Positions 1-12,420 of a stretch of DNA of 64,000 nucleotides are shown here, piece by piece. The DNA lies in assembly GCA_048213135.1 (NCBI GenBank), contig PS015245.1:22472-86471 (forward strand), in the 5' to 3' direction. The stretch comes from Reclinomonas americana ATCC 50394 (Eukaryota). Under the pieces are notes generated by a model. The model did no database searches. It saw nothing but the letters and a program-made list of their open reading frames with translations, and was not told the origin of the DNA. Both the position numbers and the translations under genes were made by a program. Numbering within the stretch: position 1 is the stretch's first letter; every line of letters starts with the position of its first letter.

Positions 1-172
1 GAGACGCAACGAGGAGAGTCGCACAGAGAGACCGCCGTCTCCTTTGTATGCTAATGAGAGAAGGCGTCAGTGTGTGAGTGAGAGAGAGGGAGAGTGGCGT
101 GTGTGCTTCTCACCTTGCATGCGACTGTGACGCGATGAATGGGACTGATTTCGCGCGCGACGGGACATGCAT
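1..172 (-). CDS. Probable 5' exons of a minus-strand gene running off the window start (product unknown)
   Basis: Minus strand reads an ATG near 170 and a short exon, then a GTGAGA donor (~112), a CATTAG acceptor (~51-56), a short exon and a GTTGCG donor at 5-10, the same donor used across this window. No recognisable domain. Confidence 0.3.
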
Positions 173-789
173 GCAACTCCTTCTTTGGGTGCGAGCTTGC
201 TGCAGTTGCTGGTGTGGTGTACGAGAGTGTATGCTGGTGGTGCGATTGGGGAGGAGAGGAGAGCAGGTAGGCGACGTCGACGACCGCGAAGTGTGCCTTT
301 CTAGAGATCTGGCCGGCGTTCGTGCAACTCCTGCTGCGGTCCGGTTAGGTGGCAGATGTGTAGAGGCCTGGTCGTGACAGCGACGTGAGGGGCCTCAACA
401 AGGTCGCGGAATATCGAAATCGATTCGAATGTAACGGATCGGAATTCGAAGCTTAAGTTGGGGCTTGCTACACCGCAGCCGTAAAATGGGGTCACGAAAC
501 CAGTTCCCGCCTTCTATGCATTCCTTCCGGAGGCAGCGAACCCACTTGTCGCCGTGGACAAGAAGTTGCAACTCGCTGTTTTCGATTTTGCAATTGCAAA
601 TTTGATTCCGAGTTGTCCGCGTCGTCGGTTGCATAGGAAGGCCTGGGGCACCACGATCTCCGTTAATGGCAAAGGAGAGCAGCACAATCCACCGCACAAG
701 CCAACATTCGGGGCTTCGTTGTCAAAGAGCTGGAGCTCGTTGAGTTCGAATTCGAAGCTGGCGACTCGAAGTTGTTGAACCCCGGAGTG

Positions 790-1525
790 CTCGGCATCGT
801 ACACTGCGGGCCGGAACGATATTATTGCTACCCGTACCTGCCTCTTCTTGTTATGGCAGCTGGCAGCCGCAGCGCCGTGGAGCTCGAGCTTCTCGGAACT
901 GCAATTTTAAAATCCGTGTTTTCGAATCTCTCCCCGCTTCTGCACAAGCTACACCGCGGTCCGGATGCAAAACCCAGCGTACCACGCCTCCCACAATTCT
1001 GCACCAGCGACTCGGGGGACTGATATGCAAACTTGAGCTGAGTTTGTCAATCGCCGAATTCGAACAACACGCATGCAGCCTCGAAGTCTACGCCCCCACC
1101 CACTTCCACACAAGCTACACCACGGTCCGGATTCCGTACCCAGCGTACCATACTTCTCACTCCTCTGCAGCAGCGACGCAAACCCGTTAGCAAACTCAAG
1201 TCAATTGCCGAATTCGAACGATGCAGCCTCGATCGCGAAGTCGAAGCCCACTTCCACACAAGCTACACCACGGTCCGGATTCCGTACCCAGCGTACCAGA
1301 CTTCTTACTCCTCTGCAGCAGCGACACAAAACCCATTAGCAAACTCAGGTCATATTGCCGAATTCGAATTCGCGAACAATGGAACCTCGAAGTCTACGCC
1401 CCCACCCACTTCCACACAAGCTACACAACGGTCCGGATTCCGTACCCATATTACCATGCTTCTCGCTCCTCTACAGCAGCGACACAGAACCCATCCGTAC
1501 ACCAAGTTGCCAATTGCCGAACAAA
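790..1525. repeat. Imperfect ~150-165 bp tandem repeat array (4 clear copies plus degenerate upstream copies)
   Basis: Core acaagctacac..cggtccggat(t/g)c....cccagcgtacc recurs at 944, 1110, 1258 and 1416 (spacing 166, 148, 158). gccgaattcgaa recurs between cores. A degenerate copy lies near 800. Confidence 0.85.
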
Positions 1526-1584
1526 GTGTCCGTTATTTCCTGTCCTCACCCTCCGCGGCCTCTCTTCTCCCATTGTCAGCGAGA

Positions 1585-4500
1585 ATGGTGATTTCGTGGT
1601 TCGTCAGCTGGCTCTTCTGGTGCCTCGTCGACGTGAGCACTGCGGCAGTGGCCTACGCCTATCCGGCCTTCCAGTCGGTGGTGTGCGTGTGGCGGCAGAC
1701 AAGAGAGGAGACCTCGATGAAGCTCCTCAAGGAGGTCACGGTGGATGAGTCGTCTTCCTCGTCTGCGGCTGCTGCCTCGGCGTCGCCAGAGAGGAGCAGG
1801 AGGATGAGGTGTGTGTGTGAGAGAGAGAGAGGAAAAGGGAAGGAGAGTGACACGTGTGCGGTTGGAAATGAGATGGAAGTGTGTGGGGTGGGGGGGAGGA
1901 GAGAAGAGGAGAGAGAGAGAGGAGGAGAGAGAGGGAGAGAGANNNNNNNNNNNNNNNNNNNNNNNNNNNNNNNNNNNNNNNNNNNNNNNNNNNNNNNNNN
2001 NNNNNNNNNNNNTTCTTCTCCACTTGCTCATCCACTGAGAAAAGTGAGAGGAAGTGATCGATTGCTTGTTTTGTGCGTCACCTCTTCCTCCTGAGCCCTC
2101 AAAAGAGTGTGCTCTTTTGTGCTGACTTACCTCGTGTGCTTCTTCTTCGCCTTCGTCTCCTTCACTTGCTCGTCCACTGAGAAAAGTGCAAATGAGTGAT
2201 TGCTTGTCTTGTGTCTCACCTCCTCCTCTCCTGGCTTTTGTAGAGTGAGTGCTCCTGCTCTTCTGTGCTGACTTACCTCGTGTGCTTCTTCTCCTTCACC
2301 GCTTGCTCATCCACTGAAAGATCAAGTGATTGCTTGCTTGTTTTGTCACCTCTTCCTCTGGTGCTGCTCATCTGTAGTCGCACTCGTTGTCTTCTCTACC
2401 TTGTCCTCCACTTGCTCCACCACTATGAAGACTGAGATTGATTGCTTGTCTTGTGCGTCTCCTCTTCCTCCCATGGCTTTTCTGTTTACAGACCTCTCTT
2501 CTCCCCACGTGCGAGAAAGAGAGCGATCGGCTCCTTGCCTCGAGAGGAGATCACAAACTTCCCCTGTGTGCTGGCACGTCTCTTGTATATTCTCTTCTTC
2601 CTCCTCCGCGTCGCCCTCCCTCGAGGAGAGTTTGCGAGGAAGCAATCGATTTCTTCCTGTGCCCTTCGTGCTCGTCTGTGTTTGCACTCCTGTCCTCCGT
2701 CTCCTTAACATTTGCTTCTTCCTCCTTCACGCAGGCGATTGAACAAATTTCTCTTCTCTTCTTTCTTGCTCTCGTTTCATCTCATACTTCAATTCGCCAT
2801 CGTCCCTCCTCATGTCTCCCTTTCCGCTCATTCCCCCCTCTTCCCCCTTCCCCCAGCGGCCCCGAATCCCCCCTCGAACGCGAATCCCGCCGTGCCTCCG
2901 AAATCAACGCCATTTACACGCGCCTGCGCACCGACGATCAGCGCGCCACGCAATGGTGCTCGTATTGGGTCATTTGCGCCGCGTTCCACGTGCTCTCCGT
3001 GGTGGTCGAGATGTTCTACAAGTTGCGCGACATCCCCACATTCTCCTCCTCCCCGTGCGCGTCTCCCCTTGTCTCACCCAGCTCAGGGACGAGTGGTATC
3101 GCCTGGCGCGACTGGCGCTGGCCGTGGCCATGGTGTGGCCACATGGTCCGACGGGGGAGACGGGTGCTACCAAGTTGTACAATCGGGTGCGTTGATGTGG
3201 GGACAGGGGAGGGAGGGAGGAGGGAGAAGTAGAGAAGCAAAGTTGAACGGGCGACAGAGAGAGGACCTGGGAGAGAGGCTTTGTGCTGGGGTTCGAATTG
3301 ATCTCTGCCAGCCACTGCATTTCTCCACTCCGCTCCCCGCTGCACTCCTTGCCGCTCCCCGCTGCACTCCTTGCCGCTCCCCGCTGCACTCCTTGCCGCT
3401 CCCCGCTGCACTCCTTTCCGCTCCCGCTGCACTCCTTTCCGCTCCCGCTGTACTCCTTTCCGCTCCCGCTGTACTCCTTTCCGCTCCCGCTGCACTCCTT
3501 TCCGCTCCCGCTGCACTCCTTTCCGCTCCCGCTGCACTCCTTTCCGCTCCCGCTGCACTCCTTTCCGCTCCCGCTGCACTCGTTCCCGCTCCCGCTGCAC
3601 TCCTTTCCCGCTCCCGCTGCACTCCNNNNNNNNNNNNNNNNNNNNNNNNNNNNNNNNNNNNNNNNNNNNNNNNNNNNNNNNNNNNNNNNNNNNNNNNNNN
3701 NNNNNNNNNNNNNNNNNNNNNNNNNNNNNNNNNNNNNNNNNNNNNNNNNNNNNNNNNNNNNNNNNNNNNNNNNNNNNNNNNNNNNNNNNNNNNNNNNNNN
3801 NNNNNNNNNNNNNNNNNNNNNNNNNNNNNNNNNNNNNNNNNNNNNNNNNNNNNNNNNNNNNNNNNNNNNNNNNNNNNNNNNNNNNNNNNNNNNNNNNNNN
3901 NNNNNNNNNNNNNNNNNNNNNNNNNNNNNNNNNNNNNNNNNNNNNNNNNNNNNNNNNNNNNNNNNNNNNNNNNNNNNNNNNNNNNNNNNNNNNNNNNNNN
4001 NNNNNNNNNNNNNNNNNNNNNNNNNNNNNNNNNNNNNNNNNNNNNNNNNNNNNNNNNNNNNNNNNNNNNNNNNNNNNNNNNNNNNNNNNNNNNNNNNNNN
4101 NNNNNNNNNNNNNNNNNNNNNNNNNNNNNNNNNNNNNNNNNNNNNNNNNNNNNNNNNNNNNNNNNNNNNNNNNNNNNNNNNNNNNNNNNNNNNNNNNNNN
4201 NNNNNNNNNNNNNNNNNNNNNNNNNNNNNNNNNNNNNNNNNNNNNNNNNNNNNNNNNGCTGCACTCCTTTCCGCTCCAGCCGCTGCACTCCTTTCCGCTC
4301 CAGCCGCTGCACTCCTTTCCGCTCCAGCCGCTGCACTCCTTTCCGCTCCAGCCGCTGCACTCCTTTCCGCTCCAGCCGCTGCACTCCTTTCCGCTCCAGC
4401 CGCTGCACTCCTTTCCGCTCCTTCGTCTCATCATTACTTCCCAGTCGTCTTTCCTTTCTGTTGTGCTAGTCTCCCACCTTTCCCTTTTTTCCCCTCACCC

Positions 4501-4832
4501 ACCTTTCCCTTTCCCTCACCCACCTTCCCCTTCCCCTCACCCCCACCCTCTGCTGCTTCGCAGTTCGTCGCCCCACGCCTGGAAATCCACGAGTCCGCCA
4601 TCGACGCTCACCTCGACAAGGCGAGTCGTGAAATCAAGGCCCGTGGCTCGCAATACTGGGACTCCGTGCGCGACTCGGTCTACTCGTTCGCCATGCGCAT
4701 GTCGTCAAAGGTGAGCGAGAAGTCTTGACTCGTCCTTTGTTTGCCGTTTCCCCTCATTCCCCGTTTTCGCAGATTTTCTCCGCCGTCTCATCAATCGGCG
4801 AGAGGGCACGCGACGACGGCAGCCAGGGATAA
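1585..4832 (+). CDS. TB2/DP1/HVA22 (REEP/Yop1)-family membrane protein, multi-exon, spans gaps
   Basis: Spliced translation: MVISWFVSWLFW..AYAYPAFQS..; QWCSYWVICAAFHVLSVVVEMFY|KDEWYRLARLALAVAMVWPHGPTGETGATKLYNR|FVAPRLEIHESAIDAHL. This matches the REEP pattern (YPAxxS, QWxxYW, GAxxxYxxFVxP..HExxID). Stop TAA at 4830-4832. Confidence 0.8.
2015..2470. repeat. Degenerate ~110-140 bp intronic tandem repeat (about 4 copies)
   Basis: cacttgctc(a/g)tccactga...gattgcttgt(t/c)ttgtg..tcacctc recurs near 2021, 2163, 2301 and 2409. Confidence 0.7.
3328..4420. repeat. GC-rich minisatellite (21-22 bp units left of the gap, 24 bp units right of it) in a REEP intron
   Basis: (cgctgcactcctttccgctcc)n at 3330-3625 and (gctgcactcctttccgctccagcc)n at 4258-4420 flank an N gap. 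Confidence 0.9.
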
Positions 4833-4938
4833 GCACACACACACACACGCACTCATTCGCACCACGCCAATCACGCGTGTGGCAACGAGAGAGAGTGAAT
4901 CCAAAATTCCATCCATCCGTTCATTCACTTCACCCTCC

Positions 4939-5996
4939 CTACTCGCCCTTGACCGGCTTCTTGTTGTTGTTGTTGTTTCCCGCGCCCTTCTCCAGCGTGC
5001 GAGTGACGCCATCGACCTCCTCGTGCGCCGCAATGTCTTCGCCCTTGATGAGGGCCTTGACCAGCTTGAAGGCTCCCTGTGCACACAAAGGATGGTGAAT
5101 ATCGGAGGGGCGACAGAAAGGAGCGCGGAACAGTGTCACCTTGGCAATGTAGAAGAACCAGTAGTAGTTGAGGAAGGAGATGGTGCTAAAGGCGAAGAAG
5201 TAGCCAAACACCACAGCCGGGTGGATCTCCGACCAAATGGAGCTCGGGCTGCGGCCAAGGGTGAGCAGCGGGACAAAGTATCATGCAGGGTGGGATGGCG
5301 CTCACCTTCCAAAGTGCATCATGTACAGCACTGCGCGACAATTGTCAGTTCAGGCGCGGATGCAGACGGGCAACGTGGAGTGACTCACCGTACGGCGTCA
5401 TCAGCACGCGGAACAGGAAGAAGCCAAAGAACATGTACAGGCCGTTGGCCGCGAACCTGCACGAAGAGAGTGGTGAGCCACAGAGAGGGCGAAAAGACGA
5501 GCAGCGGGGAGGCTCACCGCTTGGACTTGCGCAGGCCGATCTTGGTCAGCATCCACCGCATGTTGACGGCAGGCTGCATAGGGGAAGAGGCGAAGAGAAG
5601 GTGAGCAATGTACAGCGGAAGTGAGAGGGAGTTACACAAGAACGCGATGAAACCCGTGATCCTACCCACAATTAGCCACTCATGGCGTAGTGGCAACCTA
5701 GGCAACTGATGTGCAACAGAAACGGCAAGGAAAGACTGCTTTCCAAATGACACAACGCACTGCTAACGTGATCACAGACGAGTGCAGTGCATAGCAATGA
5801 AATAGGGTGGCAACTGCTCACTTGACAGACAACGTAAGTGCGCGCAAACGAACCGAAGAAAGGAGAGCGACGCATGATGTCCGTGAGCAATACCGAGTAG
5901 AAACAGAGAGTGACGCAAGTACACAGTGCGAGTTCATGCAACTCCTCGCCACTCATAGGAGTGAAGGCAACGAAAACACAATGCAAGCCAGTGCAG

Positions 5997-6031
<35 letters not shown>

Positions 6032-7857
6032 AAACACAAAACTCAATCTCCCACCCACACTTTGCGACTGACGAGCAGTACAAAGATGTCAGCAAACACG
6101 CAACCGCAGACGGCACACAACACGAAGCAAACGGTCAACATCACGGATCAGCACGAACGCACTCAGAGAAAGGTCTCCCGGAACGGAGACAGCGTTCGTG
6201 GTTCCGTCTTCATCTCTCTCTCTCTCTCTCTTCCCATTTTCCCCCTCCCCCCTTTCCCTCATTGCCCACTCACCGTCGTAATCTCCGTCCACACAAACAA
6301 CACAATAATGACCTCGCAGTGCCGGTAGGCGAACGTCATCGGGAAAATCGTCAGTCCCGTAATGTGATGCGCCACCGTGCCCCACGAGAACAGCGGCCGG
6401 TAGTACAGAATGGTGGCCAGATCGAACAAAAAGTAGCCGACGCAAATGGCCACGCCGATCTCGCCGAGCGGTGCGTGCGTGAAAATCACCGCGGGGATGT
6501 CAAAGAGGGAGAACTCGCGTGCCAGCGACACGGCCATGGTCACCGTGGTGAACGCGGCGTGGATGGTGGAGGAGTGGCTGGGGGGCGAGAAGGGGAAAGG
6601 GGGAAGGGGAAAGGGGGAAGGGAGGGAGAGGGGGAGAGAGGGATAAGGGGGAGGGGAAGAGGAGGGTGATGACGAGAGTGAATGAGCGCACGGAGGGAGA
6701 CACAACAGAAAAGAGGAAGGACAAGGGAGAAGCAAACACAGTGGACGATGATGATAAACGTCTCTGTCTCTGTGTTTGTTTCTGTCTCAGTCTCTGTCTC
6801 AGTCTCGGTCTCTGTCTGTGAGAAGGAAGATGGTCAACAACAAAAAATTAGACTGAGAGAAAAAAGAAAGAAACGAGAGAGAAAAAGGAGGACGAAGACA
6901 ACCATCACATCGGCAGGAAAAGAAGAAATATGCAAGGCAGAGAGGGAAAGAAACGAAAGAGAAAAGGAAGAGGAAGCCAACCATCAGCACCAAGCATCAC
7001 AACGGCAGGAAAAGCAGAAAATATATACAAGAAGAGAAAAGAGAAACGAGAGAGAAAAAGGAGGAGAAAGACAGCCATCACAACGGCAGAAAAAGCAGCA
7101 AAATGTGCAAGACAGAGAGAAAAGAGAAAGAAAGGAAAGAGACAAAGGAGGAGGAAGCCAACCATCAGCACCAAGCATCACAACGGCAGACAGTGAGAAA
7201 ACAGTAAGAAACGAAAGAGAAAAGGAGGGGGAAGACAGCCATCAGCACTGAGCATCACAACGGCACATGAGGTGAGCGTACAGCTGCGGCAAGCACGAAG
7301 GAACCAGCAGAGAGAGAGAAAATTAAAGACGCATTCGCACGCCTAGAAAGCACACAAAAGGGCAGCACGCGACCCGAAGTACCACCACGCAGACTCACCG
7401 ATTCAAAAACTCCAGTTGATCATTGCGCGGCAGGCGGCGGAGAGTCTCCGGGCTCGCCACCAGCGACAGGAACGGATGGTAGCGCTGCACAATGCCCCAG
7501 AAGAGAGCTGCAAGCGGGGTGATAAGAAGGGAGACCCGACACAAAGCGCAATGCCGGAACACACACACACAAAGGAGGAGGAAAGGGAGAAAGAGAAAGA
7601 GAGGGTGAGATGATGCGGAAGGAGAAGAAGAAGAGGGTCGACGTGGATGGGGAGAAGGAGCGCCCATCCAATATCGCATTGGGAGAGACCACAGTGCAAC
7701 TGCTGTCGTCACAGCACGCATGCGTGGATCAACTCGTCTCCCTCTCCGACAAGAAGAGCAGCACTCACGGAAACGGAAGCATGTGACACGCAATTCCTCT
7801 CATGCATGGCACCAAATCAACGCACCCCCTTCACAAACGCTCTTGCAAACACCTGTT

Positions 7858-7890
<33 letters not shown>

Positions 7891-8456
7891 NNNNNNNNNN
7901 NNNNNNNNNNNNNNNNNNNNNNNNNNNNNNNNNNNNNNNNNNNNNNNNNNNNNNNNNNNNNNNNNNNNNNNNNNNNNNNNNNNNNNNNNNNNNNNNNNNN
8001 NNNNNNNNNNNNNNNNNNNNNNNNNNNNNNNNNNNNNNNNNNNNNNNNNNNNNNNNNNNNNNNNNNNNNNNNNNNNNNNNNNNNNNNNNNNNNNNNNNNN
8101 NNNNNNNNNNNNNNNNNNNNNNNNNNNNNNNNNNNNNNNNNNNNNNNNNNNNNNNNNNNNNNNNNNNNNNNNNNNNNNNNNNNNNNNNNNNNNNNNNNNN
8201 NNNNNNNNNNNNNNNNNNNNNNNNNNNNNNNNNNNNNNNNNNNNNNNNNNNNNNNNNNNNNNNNNNNNNNNNNNNNNNNNNNNNNNNNNNNNNNNNNNNN
8301 NNNNNNNNNNNNNNNNNNNNNNNNNNNNNNNNNNNNNNNNNNNNNNNNNNNNNNNNNNNNNNNNNNNNNNNNNNNNNNNNNNNNNNNNNNNNNNNNNNNN
8401 NNNNNNNNNNNNNNNNNNNNNNNNNNNNNNCACACACACACACACACTCTCTCTCA

Positions 8457-8494
<38 letters not shown>

Positions 8495-8794
8495 AAACTC
8501 AATCTCCTCCCCTTCTCCTTCCCCTTTACTCCCCTTCTCATCCCCTTCTCCTTCCCCCTTCTCCTCCCCCTTCACTCCCCCTTCCTCCTCCCTCCCCTCC
8601 TCCCACTCACCACTCGCAGCCATCACCCACGGAAACACCGTCGACATGGTCTCCACGTGCGCCCGCGCTCCCATCACGGCCTCCCACGGAACAAGCGTGC
8701 CAAGAAGCACACACACCGCCGCGCCAATCGCACTCGGCCACACCGACATGCTCGGAAGCGCAGTGCCAGAAGCGGTCGTCGTCGCGCCCGTCAT
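4939..8794 (-). CDS. TLC (TRAM/LAG1/CLN8)-domain membrane protein, multi-exon
   Basis: Exons give STIHAAFTT...VGYFLFDLATILYY...TVAHHITGL...LFVWTEITT|PAVNMRWML...GLYMFFGFFLFRV...FLNYYWFFYIAK. These are TLC motifs (SxxHA, GYFxxD, HH, ExxTPxxNxRW, LNxxWF). The start exon assignment across the gap is less certain. Confidence 0.8.
6880..7270. repeat. Purine-rich imperfect tandem repeats within a TLC intron
   Basis: (a/g)ccatcagcac(c/t)aagcatcacaacggca recurs near 6980, 7161 and 7238, with partial copies near 6900 and 7075. Confidence 0.7.
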
Positions 8795-8887
8795 CGCTCT
8801 TTGAAAGAAGTAATGTGATGAGTTGTGTCGCTTCCCGCGTTTTTTTCCGAGTTGCAATCGGTTTCTGTTGTGAGAAGGCGACGCTTT

Positions 8888-9225
8888 CTTTCCCTGAGCC
8901 TCTCTTGTGCTGGTCATTCGCAGCTCTTGCACGGCAAGTGAGGACCGGCGACGTGCAGAACTGTCGAGTTGTCTTCTATCCTCCGTGCATCGTTTCCCTT
9001 CTCCCTCTTTCCCTGAGCCTCTCTTGTGTTTGTCATTCGCAGGTCTTGCACGGCAAGTGAGGACTGGCGACGTGCAGAACTGTCGAGTTGTTCTTCTATC
9101 CGCCGTGCATCGTTTCCCTTCTCCCTCTTTCCCTGAGTGTCTCTTGTGGTTGTCATTCGCAGCTCTTGCACGGCAAGTGAGGACTGGCGACGTGCAGAAC
9201 TGTCGAGTTTCTTCAATCCGCCGTA
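8888..9225. repeat. ~120 bp tandem triplication immediately upstream of the TLC gene
   Basis: ttccctgag..tctcttgtg..gtcattcgcag.tcttgcacggcaagtgaggac.ggcgacgtgcagaactgtcgagtt starts at about 8890, 9009 and 9129. Confidence 0.9.
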
Positions 9226-10244
9226 CATCGCCCCCCTTCTTCCAACAGCCCCTTGTGCATCCTCTCCAATAACGCCTCCTGTGCATAATCTCCTTCTCTC
9301 TCGTGCATCCATTCTCAGTCTCTCCTGTGCATCCATTCTCCTTCTCCCTATCCTTTCCCGCATTCCCCTCTCATGTGCGACTCATGCACGACGTATATAT
9401 ACCGATAACGCATCATCATCATCATCATGAAGCTGGGGGAGAAAGTAGAGTGGGGAGGGTCGGGGGAGGGAAAAACACAGCCGCAGAGTGCACGCGCGCA
9501 CATTGTGCACGAAAATGCAGTCGGGGAGAAAGAGGAAAACAGAACGAGGAGGTAATGGAAACACAACAAGCCACCATGCGACACAAAGCACACAAAACAC
9601 ACANNNNNNNNNNNNNNNNNNNNNNNNNNNNNNNNNNNNNNNNNNNNNNNNNNNNNNNNNNNNNNNNNNNNNNNNNNNNNNNNNNNNNNNNNNNNNNNNN
9701 NNNNNNNNNNNNNNNNNNNNNNNNNNNNNNNNNNNNNNNNNNNNNNNNNNNNNNNNNNNNNNNNNNNNNNNNNNNNNNNNNNNNNNNNNNNNNNNNNNNN
9801 NNNNNNNNNNNNNNNNNNNNNNNNNNNNNNNNNNNNNNNNNNNNNNNNNNNNNNNNNNNNNNNNNNNNNNNNNNNNNNNNNNNNNNNNNNNNNNNNNNNN
9901 NNNNNNNNNNNNNNNNNNNNNNNNNNNNNNNNNNNNNNNNNNNNNNNNNNNNNNNNNNNNNNNNNNNNNNNNNNNNNNNNNNNNNNNNNNNNNNNNNNNN
10001 NNNNNNNNNNNNNNNNNNNNNNNNNNNNNNNNNNNNNNNNNNNNNNNNNNNNNNNNNNNNCACACACACACATCGACATTTGCGTACATCCGCAAACGTG
10101 AAGCACACAACAAGAACAACAAAAAGGAAACCAAGCAGCAGTGAGCAAAAAAGGGGAACACAGAGACAGAGAGAATGCAACACCACGACAGGTGCACAAA
10201 AAAAAGTCTCTCCCTCTCTCTCTTCTCCACACTCACACAGCTGC

Positions 10245-10772
10245 TTAGCGAATGTGCATGCCGGCGGCCAGAGAGCCGCCCACATTTGTTGCCTGCTGGC
10301 CAAACGAGCTCACGCCATGGCTGACCTGGGCGGTGGCCGAGTGCGCGGCACTCTGCGCCGCATGCTGTGCGTCGTGCGCCACGTGGTTCGCCTGCTGCTG
10401 GGCAGCGTGCTGCGCCTGCGCCTCCGCCTGGTGCATCGCGTGCTGGGCGGCGTGCTGAGCATCGCCCTCGGCCGCGTGCACCGCGTGGTTGGCGGCACCG
10501 GCCACACCATTGGCCTGCGACGCTGCGGCGCCGGCCATGCCGTTCGCCTGCGCCGCCACGGCGTTGGAGGCCGAGCCGGCCGCCGCCGCCGCTTCACTCC
10601 TCTGTGGCATGGTAGAGCGCAACGTCTCACTCATTGCCTGAATATGAGCTTGTTCAACAGGTGTGGCACGCACCGCAGACACGGTCGCCGCCGCCGCCTG
10701 CTGCTGCAATGCCGGTCGTGGGAGCTGGGCAATCACCACCACGGGGTCCTCGAAGGGGTTGCCCTGGGCGGG
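10245..10772 (-). CDS. Terminal exon of an Ala/Gln/His-rich low-complexity protein (LEA-like character); upstream exons in or beyond the gap
   Basis: A polypyrimidine tract and TTGCAG acceptor near 10773 precede an open frame PAQGNPFEDP...AQHAAQHAMHQAEAQAQHAAQQQANHVAHDAQHAAQSAAH...GMHIR*, with GC3-rich codons. Confidence 0.6.
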   Translation of the reverse strand, partial: PAQGNPFEDPVVVIAQLPRPALQQQAAAATVSAVRATPVEQAHIQAMSETLRSTMPQRSEAAAAAGSASNAVAAQANGMAGAAASQANGVAGAANHAVHAAEGDAQHAAQHAMHQAEAQAQHAAQQQANHVAHDAQHAAQSAAHSATAQVSHGVSSFGQQATNVGGSLAAGMHIR

Positions 10773-12214
10773 CTGCAAGGAGGGGGGGAAGGAGAAGGGG
10801 GAAGGAAAGGGGGAAGGGGGAAAAGGGGTGAGTAAATAGAGAAGTGGAGGCAAAGCTCGTTTCANNNNNNNNNNNNNNNNNNNNNNNNNNNNNNNNNNNN
10901 NNNNNNNNNNNNNNNNNNNNNNNNNNNNNNNNNNNNNNNNNNNNNNNNNNNNNNNNNNNNNNNNNNNNNNNNNNNNNNNNNNNNNNNNNNNNNNNNNNNN
11001 NNNNNNNNNNNNNNNNNNNNNNNNNNNNNNNNNNNNNNNNNNNNNNNNNNNNNNNNNNNNNNNNNNNNNNNNNNNNNNNNNNNNNNNNNNNNNNNNNNNN
11101 NNNNNNNNNNNNNNNNNNNNNNNNNNNNNNNNNNNNNNNNNNNNNNNNNNNNNNNNNNNNNNNNNNNNNNNNNNNNNNNNNNNNNNNNNNNNNNNNNNNN
11201 NNNNNNNNNNNNNNNNNNNNNNNNNNNNNNNNNNNNNNNNNNNNNNNNNNNNNNNNNNNNNNNNNNNNNNNNNNNNNNNNNNNNNNNNNNNNNNNNNNNN
11301 NNNNNNNNNNNNNNNNNNNNNNNNNNNNNNNNNNNNNNNNNNNNNNNNNNNNNNNNNNNNNNNNNNNNNNNNNNNNNNNNNNNNNNNNNNNNNNNNNNNN
11401 NNNNNNNNNNNNNNNNNNNNNNNNNNNNNNNNNNNNNNNNNNNNNNNNNNNNNNNNNNNNNNNNNNNNNNNNNNNNNNNNTGCTCTCCACTCTTCAACAA
11501 TAAGACTGAGAAAATAGGAAGGACGGCAGATTCTTTCTGGCATTTCACAACAGAGCACAGCTCGACCATTGCGTATCCGCACACCAGCGAGTGAAACACA
11601 GAACACAAGAAATGACAAACTCATTCTTCAGCCACCTTCAACACGCAAAAGAAAACACCACACCATCACGAGACAAGATCTCACACCCTCCTCTCGCTGT
11701 CGCTGAGCACAACAACGAAGAAACAAAGCCGAACACACAGACTATGGACACTCCAGCCAGTGTGTCGGCATGCACGCAATCATCGACAAATGGATAGATC
11801 TCCCTCATATCCTCTTCTCCTATCAACTCACAGCGCAAGAGCAAGAAAACAACCCTTGTCGCACAACGTGCAATGAGAGCAATTCAACAGGCACTCACGC
11901 CCTTCTTTCATAAAAGCACACACGCCAACACCTACACATCAGAAGAAACGCAGACTCTCCTTGTCTCCTTATCTGCCTCACAACTACAAAGCTCTCTTTC
12001 CTTACTCTCTCCTCCCGCAGAGACAGAGCACGTGATCAACACAGAAAACTAGCCAAGTCTCCAAGAATACCAGCCCTCTCTCACTCAGCTGTTTCCGTCA
12101 CGCAGAGAACAACAAATAGAAGACTCTCATTGCAGTCAAGTCATTCACAGAAAACAAAAAGTCTCCCTCACTGTCTTCTCTTCAAACAAAGAGCAACAAA
12201 AGAGACCAGAAAAC

Positions 12215-12420
12215 CCTCTTCCTCCCTACCTCAGTAGCAGAACGAGAATAAAACACGAGCCAACAAAGAGGCAAGTCTCTCTCATTATCCTACCTCATTC
12301 TCTTGAAACAGAGAGCCCAGAAACTCTTTTCCTCCCTACCTCAGTAGCAGAACGAGAATAAAACACGAGCCAACAAAGAGGCAAGTCTCTCTCATTATCC
12401 TATCTCATTCTCATCAAACG
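12215..12420. repeat. ~110 bp tandem duplication
   Basis: cctccctacctcagtagcagaacgagaataaaacacgagccaacaaagaggcaagtctctctcattatccta occurs at 12221 and 12331. Confidence 0.85.

Noticed and set aside
790-1525. CRISPR-like array
   Set aside because: Units are ~150-165 bp with homologous rather than unique inter-repeat segments. No cas or nuclease gene is nearby, and the context is eukaryotic.
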